Shown piece by piece: positions 23,854 through 34,887 of a DNA stretch of 64,000 nucleotides; the first letter of the stretch is position 1, and every line of letters begins with the position of its first letter. Under the pieces are notes generated by a model. That model was not told where the DNA came from. It ran no database searches and saw only the letters and a list, made by a program, of their open reading frames with translations. Source of the DNA: Malacoraja senta (lineage: Eukaryota). Location: assembly GCA_038087875.1 (NCBI GenBank), contig CM075994.1, positions 9,674,001 to 9,738,000 of the forward strand, given 5' to 3'. Both the position numbers and the translations under genes were made by a program.

Positions 23854-25196
23854 TCACACACACACTAGGGACAATTTGCACTTATACCAAGCCAATTAAC
23901 CTACAAACCTGTACGTCTTTGGAGTGTGGGAGGAAACCGAAGATCTCGGAGAAAACCCACGCAGGTCACAGGGAGAACATGCAACCTCCTTGGACAATAG
24001 AATTTGTGGAATTCTCTGCCACAGAAGGCAGTGGAGGCTGATTCACTGGATGAATTTAGAAGAGAGTTAGATAGAGCTCCAGGGGCTAGCGGAATCAAGG
24101 GATATGGGGAGAAGGCAGGCATGGGTTACTGATTGGGGACGATCAGCCATGATCACATTGAATGGCGGTTCTGGCTCGAAGGGCCGAATGACAATAGACA
24201 ATAGGTGCAGGAGTAGGCCATTCGGCCCTTCGAGCCAGCACCGCCATTCAATGTGATCATGGCTGATCATCCCCAATCAGAACCCAGTTCCTGCCTTCTG
24301 CCCATATCCCCTGACTCCGCTATCTTTAAGAGCCCTATCTAGCTCTCTTGAAAGTATCCGGAAACCAGCCTCCACCGCACTCTGAGGCAGAGAATTCCAC
24401 AGACTCACAAATCTCTGTGTGAAAAAGTGTTTCCTCATCTAGTTCTAAACGGCCTGTCCCTTATTCTTAAACTGTGGCCCCTGGTCCTGGACTCCCCCAA
24501 CATCGGGAACATGTTTCCTGCCTCTAGTGTGTCCAAACCCTTAATAATCTTATAAGATCACCTATCATCCTTCTAAATTCCAGAGTATACAAGCCCAGCT
24601 GCTCCATTCTCTCAGCATATGACAGTCCGGCCATCCTGGGAATTAACCTGGTGAACCTACGCTGCACTCCCTCAATAGCAAGAATGTCCTTCCTCAAATT
24701 TGGAGACCAAACCTGCACACAATACTCCAGGTGTGGTCTCACTAGGGCCCTGTACAACTGCAGAAGGACCTCTTTGCTCCTGTACTCAGCTCCTCTTGTT
24801 ATGAAATCCAACAACCCATTCGCTGTCTGTAAATTGTCCCTAGTGTGTCGGATAGAGTGATAAAAGGGTGATCGTCGGTCGGCACGGACTGGATGGGCCG
24901 AAGGGTCCGTTTGCACGGTGTAAACATGCCGGTAAAACGGAGACTCGAGGAACTGTAGACACTGGTTAACAAATAATAGTATCAAAAAGTGCTGGAGTAA
25001 CTCAGCGGGACAGGCAGCATCTCCGGAGAGAAGGAACGGGTGACGTTTCAGGTCGAGACTCTTCCTCAGACACAAAGTCTCGACCCGAAAACGTCAGCCA
25101 TTCCTTCTCTCCAGAGATGCTGCCTGTCCCGCTGAGTTACTCCAGCATTTTCCACCTACTACGAGTTTACTCTTAAACAGAGTCGAATTTACTTAC

Positions 25197-25275
25197 TTTT
25201 TCAAACGTGTCGGCTGAAACATCCTCAAAAAATTCTTTATCTCTCACGCAAGATGGACACATCATCAATTCTTTC
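25197..25275 (-). CDS. TRAF1/2-like gene, coding exon 2 (79 bp, RING end)
   Basis: tttcacag|G ... AAA|gtaagt. Reads (L)KELMMCPSCVRDKEFFEDVSADTFEK and supplies the last CxxC of the RING. Confidence 0.92.
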
Positions 25276-26421
25276 CTGTGAAAGAGAATAAAAATGTAAT
25301 CGACATGTGGAGTAGTGTGAAAAAAGTAATTGACACCTGGAGTATTGTGTGCAGTTTTGGTCCCCTAATTTGAGGAAGGACATTCTTGCTATTGATGGAG
25401 TGCAGCGTAGGTTCACCAGGTTAATTCCCGGGATGGCGGGACTGTCATACGCTGAGAGAATGGAGCGGCTGGGCTTGTACACTCTGGAGTTTAGAAGGAT
25501 GAGAGGGGATCTTATTGAAACATGCAAGATTATTAAGGTTTGGACACGCTAGAGGCAGGAAACATGTTCCTGATGTTGGGGGGAGTCCAGAACCAGGTGC
25601 CACACACAGTTTAAGAATAAGGGGTAAGCCATTTAGAACGGAGACGAGGAAACACAGAGAGTTGTGAGTCTGTGGAATTCTCTGCCTCAGAGGGCGGTGG
25701 AGGCCGGTTCTCTGGATGCTTTCAAGAGAGAGCTAGATAGGGCTCTTAAAGATAGAGGAGTCAGGGGATATGGGGAGAAGGCAGGAACGGGGTACTGATT
25801 GGGGATGATCAGCCATGATCACATTGATGGCTCGAAGGGCCGAATGGCCTCCTCCTGCACCTATCGTCTGTTGTTAATAATAGTTGTCGATTCACCTACT
25901 CTGGGCATGGGACTGGTCTACCCGATCTGTCCCTGTCGCGTTTTTAATCCTCCTAATCAGGTATAGTTTTTCCGCCAACTAGTCCTCGAAGGGTGGCGCA
26001 GCGGTAGAATTGCTGCCCCGCAGCGCCAGAGACCCGGGTTCGATCCCGACTGCGGGTGCTGTCTGTACGGAGTTTGTACGTTCTCCCGTGACCTGCGCGG
26101 GTTTTCTCGAGATCTTTGGTTTCCTCCCACTAGTGATACAGTGTGGAAGCAGGCCCTTCGGCCCATCTCGCCCGCACGGGCCAACAATGTCCCAGCTACC
26201 CCCGGTCCCAAGGATCCCCACAGTATGCAATGAGTCGCCACCTAAAGGGCGGCGACAATGTTCACAAAGCACATGTTGACGTAGGCGGGGCAATTGGGCC
26301 GCAGGGCCCGTTCCCGTGCGGTAGGATGCTATGAGGCCGACATGGTGTCGGGTGAGCAGAGGCGTGCGTTGCGACGAATGTTTTACGGGTGCAGCGAGTG
26401 GGGACGGGCGTGACAACGTAC

Positions 26422-26664
26422 AGCACTTTTCCGTGGCAGGCCCGGCAGAAGCGATGGCCGCACTCAGTCTGGACCGGGTCGCGCATCAGGAGGCCGCACG
26501 CCCCCGCAGTAGTACTTGCGGTCGCAGTCACGGACGGCGCCGGCCTCGTAGCCCCCGTCGCTCTCCACCTCGTCCTCGGCCAACGAGCGCAGGGCCGCCT
26601 TCTCCACGCACACCGACTGGTAGAGCTGGGGCCCCTCGTCCCGTCTCAGACCGGCCTCGCTCAT
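26422..26664 (-). CDS. TRAF1/2-like gene, coding exon 1 (ATG, RING start; one extra base as assembled)
   Basis: Acceptor tttaag| at 26695, ATG at 26664, donor CT|gtacgt. Removing one C from the C5 run at 26501-26505 gives MSEAGL...GGYEAG...DRKYYCGACGLLMRDPVQTECGHRFCRACHGKVL. Confidence 0.88.
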
Positions 26665-26784
26665 GCCCGGCTCTGCCGACGCTCTCTTCTTCAACCTTAA
26701 ATCCAGCGAACGAAAAAAAATAATAATAATTTACATTCATGCGGAACCCATCGTCGGAACGGAAAAACACACATTCGGCGGCTT

Positions 26785-26794
26785 GGGAATTTCC
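26785..26794 (+). promoter_or_regulatory. Candidate NF-kB site GGGAATTTCC
   Basis: Exact match to GGGRNNYYCC about 90 bp upstream of the TRAF first coding exon; motif match only. Confidence 0.3.
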
Positions 26795-28489
26795 GAATCG
26801 GCCGGTTCCTACCGGATATTACTGCAATATTCTCACCGAAATTGTGCACTGAGGCTAGTTATATGTAAAGAAGGCGTATATGTCAAATATACTGTTGCTT
26901 GTTGGCGAATGTAGAAACAATAGGTGCTAGAGTAGGTCATTCGGCCCCTCGAGCCAGCACTGCCAATGAATGTGATCATGGCTGATCATCCCCAATCAGT
27001 ACCCCATTCCTGCCTTCTCCCCATATCCCCCTGACTCCGCTATCTTTAAGAGCCCTATCTAGCTCTCTCTTGAAAGTATCCAGAGAACCGGCCTCCACTG
27101 CCCTCTGAGGCAGAGAATTCCACAGACTCACCACTCTCTGGGTGAAAACGTTTTTCCTCGTCTCCGTTCTAAATGGCTTACCCCTTATCCTTAAACTGTG
27201 TGGCCCTTGGTTCTGGACTCCCCCCAACATCGAGAACATGTTTCCTGCCTCGAGCGTGTCCAAACCCTTAATAATCTTAGGTAGACAAAAATGCTGGAGA
27301 AACTCAGCGGGTGAGGCAGCATCTATGGAGCGAAGGAAATAGGCAATGTTTCGGGCCGAAACCCTTCTTCCTTAATAATCTTACATGTTTCAATAAGATA
27401 ACCTCTCATCCTTCTAAATTCCAGAGTGTACAAGCCCAGCCGCTTCATTCCCTCAGCATATGACAGTCCCGTCATCCTGGGAATTAACCTGGTGAACCTA
27501 CGTTGCACTCCCTCAATAGCAAGAATGTCCTTCCTCAAATTAGGGGACCAAAACTGCACACAATACTCCAGTGTGGTCTCACTGGGGGCCTATACAACTG
27601 CAGAAGGACCTCTTTGCTCCTATACTCAACTCCTCTTGTTATGAAGGCCAACAAGCCATTCGCTGTCTGTAAATTGTCCCCGGTGTGTAGGACAGAGTGG
27701 TGAAAGGGTGTTCGTCGGTCGATACTCCAGGTGTGGTCTCACTACAGAATGTTCTACCTCCTCCTGCATCTATTTTCTATGTGTTCTATGCTTCTATGCT
27801 GGTTGAAAACCAAAGGTAGACACAAAAACGCTGGAGTAACTCAGCGGGTCAGGCAGCATCGCCCTGGAGAGAAGGAATGGGTTCGAGACCCTTCTTCCGA
27901 CACTCTTTCCAGCTTTCCCACAGAGGATCCATTACCAAATAAACCTTCCAGCAAAAACAAGACTCATCAATAAGCACTCTTGTTTCATCATAGTGAAACA
28001 TGCTTATATCAGTCATGGTACATTATGTTCCTCCCCGCCCCACACATACGCTTTCCTGGTAACACTATCTGTTCAGGCAGCCTGACGCGGTTAAAAAAAA
28101 TCCACAGATATTTTGAGCATGAAATCTGACTAGAAATCACCGTGGAAATATTACACTTTGAATTATGAACCACATGCAAAGAAGACTGTCTTTCAATTTC
28201 AGTTTTGATTCTTAATCACCTCGATTTCTTCATGTTTCACATTCCATTGACCGCACCTACTCCCTCGGCAAGGCCAGCAGCATAATCAAGGACCAGTCGC
28301 ACCCTGGCCACTCCCTCCTCTCCCCCCTCTCTCCCATCGGGAGTAGAGTTGCCAACTTTCTCACTCCCAAATATCGATGTTCTCTCGTATTTGATAATTT
28401 GGGGGGGGGGGGGAAAAGGTTTTTGACTGTCATCCCAACAACCATCAGGCTATTAAACACAACGACTTTGCTATTGAGGGAGTGCAGCC

Positions 28490-29195
28490 CCTATCTAGCT
28501 CTCTCTAAAAAAGCATCCACAGAACCAGCCTCCACCGCCTTCTGAGGCAGAGAATTCCACAGACTCACAACTCTCTGTGTGAAAAAGTGTTTCCTCGTCT
28601 CGGTTCTAAATGGCTTACCCCTTATTCTTAAACTGTGGCCCCTGGTTCTGGACTCCCCCAACATCGGGAACATGTATCCTGCCTCTAGCGTGTCCAAACC
28701 CTTAATAATCTTATATGTTTCAATAAGATCTCCTCTCATCCTTCTAAACTCCAGAGTGTACAAGCCCAGCCGCTCCATTCTCTCAGCATATGACAGTCCC
28801 GCCATCCCGGGAATTAACCTTGTAAACCTACGCTGCACTCCCTCAATAGCAAGAATGTCCTTCCTCAAATTGGGGGACCAAAACTGCACACAATACTCCA
28901 GATGTGGTCTCACTAGGGCCCTGCACAACTGCAGAAGGACCTCTTTGCTCCAATACTCGACTCCTCTTGTTATAAAGGCCAACATGCCATTCGCTTTCTT
29001 CACTGCCTGCTGTACCTGCATGCTTACTTCCATAGACTGATGAACAAGGATCCCCAGATCCTGTTGTACTTCCCCTTTTCCAAAATTGACACCATTTAGA
29101 TAATAATCTGCCTACTATTTTTGTTACCAAAGTAGATAACCTCACATTTATCCACATTCATCTGCCATGCATCTGCCGACTCCCCCAACCTGTCC
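28490..29195 (-). mobile_element. CR1-type LINE 3' fragment
   Basis: ORF 28491-29033. Confidence 0.9.
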
Positions 29196-30037
29196 AAGTC
29201 ACCCTCAGCAAGGCCAGCAGCATAATCAAGGACCAGTCGCACCCTGGCCACTCCCTCCTCTACCCCTCTCTCCCATCGGGAGTAGGGTTGCCAACTTTCT
29301 CACTCCCAAATATCGATGTTCTCTGGTATTTGATATTTGGGAAAAAAAGGTTTTTGACTGTCATCCCAACAACCATCAAGGCTATTGAACACGATGACTT
29401 TGCTATTGAGGAAGTACAGCGTAGGTTCACCAGATTAATTCCCGGGATGGCGCGACTGTCATCTGCTGAGAGAATGGGGCGGCTGGGCTTGTACACTCTG
29501 GAGTTTGCCACAGAAGGCTGTGGAGGCCAAGTCAGTGGATATATTTAAGGCAGAGATAGATAGATTCTTGAGTAGAGTCAGAGAGTAATACAATGTGGAA
29601 ACAGGCCCTTCGGCCCAACTCACCCACACCGGCCAACAAGGTCCCAGCTACACTAGTCCCACTTGCCTGCGCTTGGTCCATATCCCTCCAAACCTGTCCT
29701 ATCCATGTACCTGTCCAACTGTTTCTTAAATGGTGGGATAGTCCCAGCCTCAACTACCTCCTCTGGCAGTTTGTTCCATACACATGTGAAAAAGTTACCC
29801 CTCAGATTCCTGCTAAATCTTTTACCTTCACCTTAAACCTATGTCCTCTGGTCCTCGGTTCCCCTACACTGGGCAAGAGACTCTGTAATCTATTCGTACG
29901 GGTGTCAGGGTTTATGGGGAGAAGGCAGGAGAATGGGGTTGGGAGGGAGAGTTAGATCAGCCACGATTGAATGGCAGAGTAGGCTTGATGGGTCGAATGG
30001 CTAATTCAGCTCCTATCACATGATCTTATGAAATCAA

Positions 30038-30047
30038 GGAATTTCCC
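30038..30047 (-). promoter_or_regulatory. Candidate NF-kB site GGGAAATTCC
   Basis: Consensus kB motif in a short non-repeat island upstream of the TRAF gene, with an AP-1-like TTAGTCA near 30131; motif match only. Confidence 0.3.
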
Positions 30048-30707
30048 TGCAACACCATGAGATATCAATCATTCATTCGCTGAATCAATGATTCATAGGT
30101 CACGAGGGATCTGTTACACAAATGATTGAGTTAGTCACAATTCTTGCTATTGAGGGAGTGCAGCGTAGGTTTACAAGGTTAATTCCGGGGTGGCGGGACT
30201 GTCATATGCTGAGAGAATGGAGCAGCTGGGCTTGTATACTCTGGAGATTAGAAGGGATGAGAGGATACCTTATTGAAACATATAAGATTATTAAGGGTTT
30301 GGACACGTTAGAGGCAGGAAACATGTTCCCAATGTTGGGCGAGTCCAGAACCAGGGGCCACAGTCTGAGAATAAAGGGGAGGCCATTTAAGACTGAGGTG
30401 AGAAGAAACTTTTTCACCCAGAGAGTTGTGAATTTGTGGAATTCCCTGCCACAGAGGGCAGTGGCGGCCAAATCACTGGATGGATTTAAGAGAGAGTTAG
30501 ATAGAGCTCTAGGGGCTAGTGGAATCAAGGGATATGGGGAGAAGGCAGGCACGAGTTATTGATTGGAGACGATCAGCCATGATCACATTGAATGGCGGTG
30601 CTGGCTCGAGGGGTCGAATGGCCTCCTCCTGCACCTATTTTCTATGTTTCTATGTGCTGCTTCGAAGGGCCGAATGGCCTCCTCCTGCACCTATTTTCTA
30701 TAAGACG

Positions 30708-31300
30708 CAGAGTGCTGGAGTAACTCAGCGGGTCAGGCAGCATCTGTGGAGAACATGGATAGGTGATGTTTCACAGAGTGCTGGAGTAACTCAGCGGGTC
30801 AGGCAGCATCTGTGAAGAACATGGATAGGTGATGTTTCACAGAGTGCTGGAGTAACTCAGCGGGTCAGGCAGCATCTGTGAAGAACATGGATAGGTGATG
30901 TTTCACAGAGTGCTGGAGTAACTCAGCGGGTCAGGCAGCATCTGTGGAGAACATGGATAGGTGATGTTTCACAGAGTGCTGGAGTAACTCAGCGGGTCAG
31001 GCAGCATCTGTGGAGAACATGGATAGGTGATGTTTCACAGAGTGCTGGAGTAACTCAGCAGGTCAGGCAGCATCCTGTAGAGGACATGGATAGGTGACGT
31101 TTCACAGAGTGCTGGAGTAACTCAGTGGGTCAGGCAGCATCTGTAGAGGACAGGGATAGGTGACGTTTCACAGAGTGCTGGAGTAACTCAGTGGGTCAGG
31201 CAGCATCTGTAGAGGACATGGATAGGTGACGTTTCACAGAGTGCTGGAGTAACTCAGTGGGTCAGGCAGCATCTGTAGAGGACATGGATAGGTGACGTTT
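30708..31300. repeat. 66-bp tandem array, 9 copies
   Basis: Unit CAGAGTGCTGGAGTAACTCAGCGGGTCAGGCAGCATCTGTGGAGAACATGGATAGGTGATGTTTCA. Confidence 0.95.
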
Positions 31301-31363
31301 GTTTCTGGACCAGAACATCATCCAGGAGTCGCTTGTTTCTACCGAAGAACCCGAAAACATTAC

Positions 31364-31563
31364 NNNNNNNNNNNNNNNNNNNNNNNNNNNNNNNNNNNNN
31401 NNNNNNNNNNNNNNNNNNNNNNNNNNNNNNNNNNNNNNNNNNNNNNNNNNNNNNNNNNNNNNNNNNNNNNNNNNNNNNNNNNNNNNNNNNNNNNNNNNNN
31501 NNNNNNNNNNNNNNNNNNNNNNNNNNNNNNNNNNNNNNNNNNNNNNNNNNNNNNNNNNNNNNN
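31364..31563. other. Assembly gap (200 N)
   Basis: Run of N; the round size suggests a scaffolding placeholder of unknown true length. Confidence 1.
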
Positions 31564-31822
31564 GGGAAGGGGGGTGCTGTTCCACAGTCTAGAGGCTGCA
31601 ACCGCAAAGGCACGGTCGCCCCTGAGCTTATGCCTAGACCGTGGGATATTCAGCAACCCCAAGTCGGCCGATCTGAGGAGCCTGGAGGTGGAGTGTGTGG
31701 GTTAGAAGACTTTTTATGTAGGTGGGGGCAAGCCCATTGAGGGCTTTGTAGACATGGAGGAGGATCTTGAAGTTTATACGGAACCGCACAGGGAGCCAGT
31801 GGAGAGAGGCCAGGATGGGGCA
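31564..31822 (-). mobile_element. L2-type LINE 3' fragment (also about 38340-38665 and 61800-62375, both minus)
   Basis: LASLHWLPVRFRINFKILLHVYKALNGLAPTY...RGDRAFAVAASRLWN. Confidence 0.88.
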
Positions 31823-34800
31823 ACTTTTTCCACACAAAGGGTGGTGGGGAGGAGGGGGTGTATGGAACCAGCTTTAATTTAATAGAAACATATAAAATTA
31901 TAAAAGGACTGGACAGGCTAGATGCAGGAAAAATGTTCCCAATGTTGGGCGAGTCCAGAACCAGGGGCCACACAGTCTTAGAATAAAGGGGAGGCCATTT
32001 AAGACTGAGGTGAGAAAAAACGTTTTCACCCAGAGAGTTGTGAATTTGTGGAATTCCCTGCCACAGAGGGCAGTGGAGGCCAAATCACTGGATTGATTTA
32101 AGAGAGAGTTAGATAGAGCTCTAGGGGCTAGTGGAATCAAGGGATATGGGGAGAAGGCAGGCACGGGTTATTGATTGGGGACGATCAGCCATGATCACAA
32201 TGAATGGCGGTGCTGGCTCGAAGGGCCGAATGGCCTCCTCCTGCACCTATTTTCTATGTTTCTATGTTTCCGAAGTGAGGAAGGAAGGTCTCGAACCGAA
32301 ATCTCGCCTGTTCCTTCTCTCCGGGGTGAGAGGCCACCTGAGTGACTCCGGCGTTTTGCATCAATCGGTATTTGGGACGTTGCTTCCAAAAACAACGGAG
32401 ACCTGTTGATCCACCAATTTCAAGATTCAAGATTCAAGAGAGTTTATTGTCATGTGTCCCAGATAGGACAATGAAATTCTTGCTTTGCTTCAGCACAACA
32501 GAATATAGTAGGCATGAATACAGAACAGGTCAGTGTGTCCATATACCATAGAATATATATATACACACATAAATAAACAGATAAAGTGCAATGGGCTATT
32601 AAAGTTCAGTTTTGTTTGAGTTGAGTTTAATAGCCTGATGGCTGTGGGGAAGCAGCTATATCTGAACCTGGATGTTGCAGATTTCATAGAAACATAGAAA
32701 CATAGAAATTAGGTGCAGGAGTAGGCCATTCGGCCCTTCGAGCCTGCACCGCCATTCAATATGATCATGGCTGATCATCCAACTCAGTATCCCGTACCTG
32801 CCTTCTCTCCATACCCTCTGATCCCTTTAGCCACAAGGGCCACATCTAACTCCCTCTTAAATATAGCCAATGAACTGGCCTCGACTACCCTCTGTGGCAG
32901 AGAGTTCCAGAGATTCACCACTCTCTGTGTGAAAAAAGTTCTTCTCATCTCGGTTTTAAAGGATTTCCCCCTTATCCTTAAGCTGTGACCCCTTGTCCAG
33001 GACTTCCCCAACATCGGGAACAATCTTCCTGCATCTAGCCTGTCCAACCCCTTAAAAATGTTGTAAGTTTCTATAAGATCCCCTCTCAATCTCCTAAATT
33101 CTAGAGAGTATAAACCAAGTCTATCCAGTCTTTCTTCATAAGACAGTCCTGACATCCCAGGAATCAGTCTGGTGAACCTTCTTTTTATTTTTTATTTATA
33201 TGGTTAATTGTCTGTAAAGCGCTTTGGTTTCAGTAATCTGATTGAAAGGCGCTATATAAATAAACTTACTTTACTTTACTTTACTTTACTTCTCTGCACT
33301 CCCTCTATGGCAATAATGTCCTTCCTCAGATTTGGAGACCAAAACTGTACGCAATACTCCAGGTGTGGTCTCACCAAGACCCTGTACAACTGTACCTTCA
33401 GGCGCCTGTACCTTCTACCTGAAGGCAGCGGGGAGATGAGTGTGTGGCCAGGATGGTGTGGGTCCTTGATGATGCTGCCAGCCTTTTTGAGGCAGCGACT
33501 GCGATAGATCCCCTCGATGGTGGGGAGGTCAGAGCTGATGATGGACTGGGCAGTGGTCACAACTTTCTGCATCCTTTTCCGCTCCTGGACACTCGAGTTT
33601 CCGAACCAAGCCACGATGCAACCGGTCAGCATGCTCTCTACTGTGCACCTGTAGAAGTTAGAGAGAGTCCTCCTCGACATGCCGAATCTCCGTAATCTTC
33701 TCGGGAAGTAGAGGCTCTGATGTGCTAGCTTTATGATCGCATCAGTGTCCTGGGACCAGGAGAGATCTTCGGAGATTTGCATGCTAATTGATCTCGGACG
33801 ATGCTAGGCTTCCCATCTAAAGCATTCCTTTGTGAAACCATTCCCGCTCTTCACATTGACTCATTAACCTTATTTCCTTCGCTCCATAGATGCTGCCTCA
33901 TCCGCTGAGTTTCTCCAGCATTTTTGTCCACCCCATGACTATCTGTCACAGGAGATGGTGACTCATAGCGTCCATTATAGCAACCCCCGCTGGTGGGAGG
34001 ATCCAGTTACAACCTGCTGCCATGGGGCTGAATGTGTCGGAAGGAATTTAGAAGGATGAGAGGTTATCTTATTGAAACATATAAGAGTGAATCCACACCT
34101 GGGGTATTGTGTGCAGTTTTGGTCCCCTAATTTGAGGAAGGACATTCTTGCTATTGAGGGAGTGCAGCGTAGGTTAATTCCCGGGATGGCGGGACTGTCA
34201 TATGCTGAGAGAATGGAGCGGCTGGGCTTGTACACTCTGGAGTTTAGAAGGATGAGAGGGCGTCTTATTGAAAGATGTAAGATTATTAAGGGTTTGGACA
34301 CGCTAGAGGCAGAAACATGTTCCCGATGTTGGGGGAGTCCAGAACCAGGGGCCACACACGGTTTAAGAATAAGGGGTAAGCCATTTAGAACTGAGATGAG
34401 GAAACACTTTTTCACCCAGAGTTTTAAGCACCGCCATTCACTGTGATCATGGCTGATCATCCCCAATCAGTGCCCCGTTCCTGCCTTCTCCCCATATCCC
34501 CTGACTCCGCTATCTTTAAGAGCCCTATCTAGCTCTCTCTTGAAAGTATCCAGAGAACCGGCCTCCACCGCCCTCTGAGGCAGAGAATTCCACAGACTCA
34601 CAACTCTCTGTGTGAAAAAATGTTTCCTCATCTCCGTTCTAAATGGCTGACCCCTTATTCTTAAACTGTGTGGCCCCTGGTTCTGGACTCCCCCAACATC
34701 GGGAACATGTTTCCTGCCTCTAACGTGTCCAAACCCTTAATAATCTTATATGTTTCAGTAAGATCCCCTCTCATCCTAAACTCCAGTGTATACAAGCCCA

Positions 34801-34887
34801 GCGCTCCATTCAATAGACAATAAGTGCAGGAGTAGGCCATTCGGCCCTTCGAGCCAGCACCGCCATTCAATGTGATCATGGCTGATC

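Noticed and set aside
30708..31300. Possible CRISPR-like array
   Set aside because: Contiguous 66-bp units with no unique spacers, eukaryotic context, no cas genes.
31254..31740. ORFs containing X runs
   Set aside because: Artefacts of reading through the N gap.
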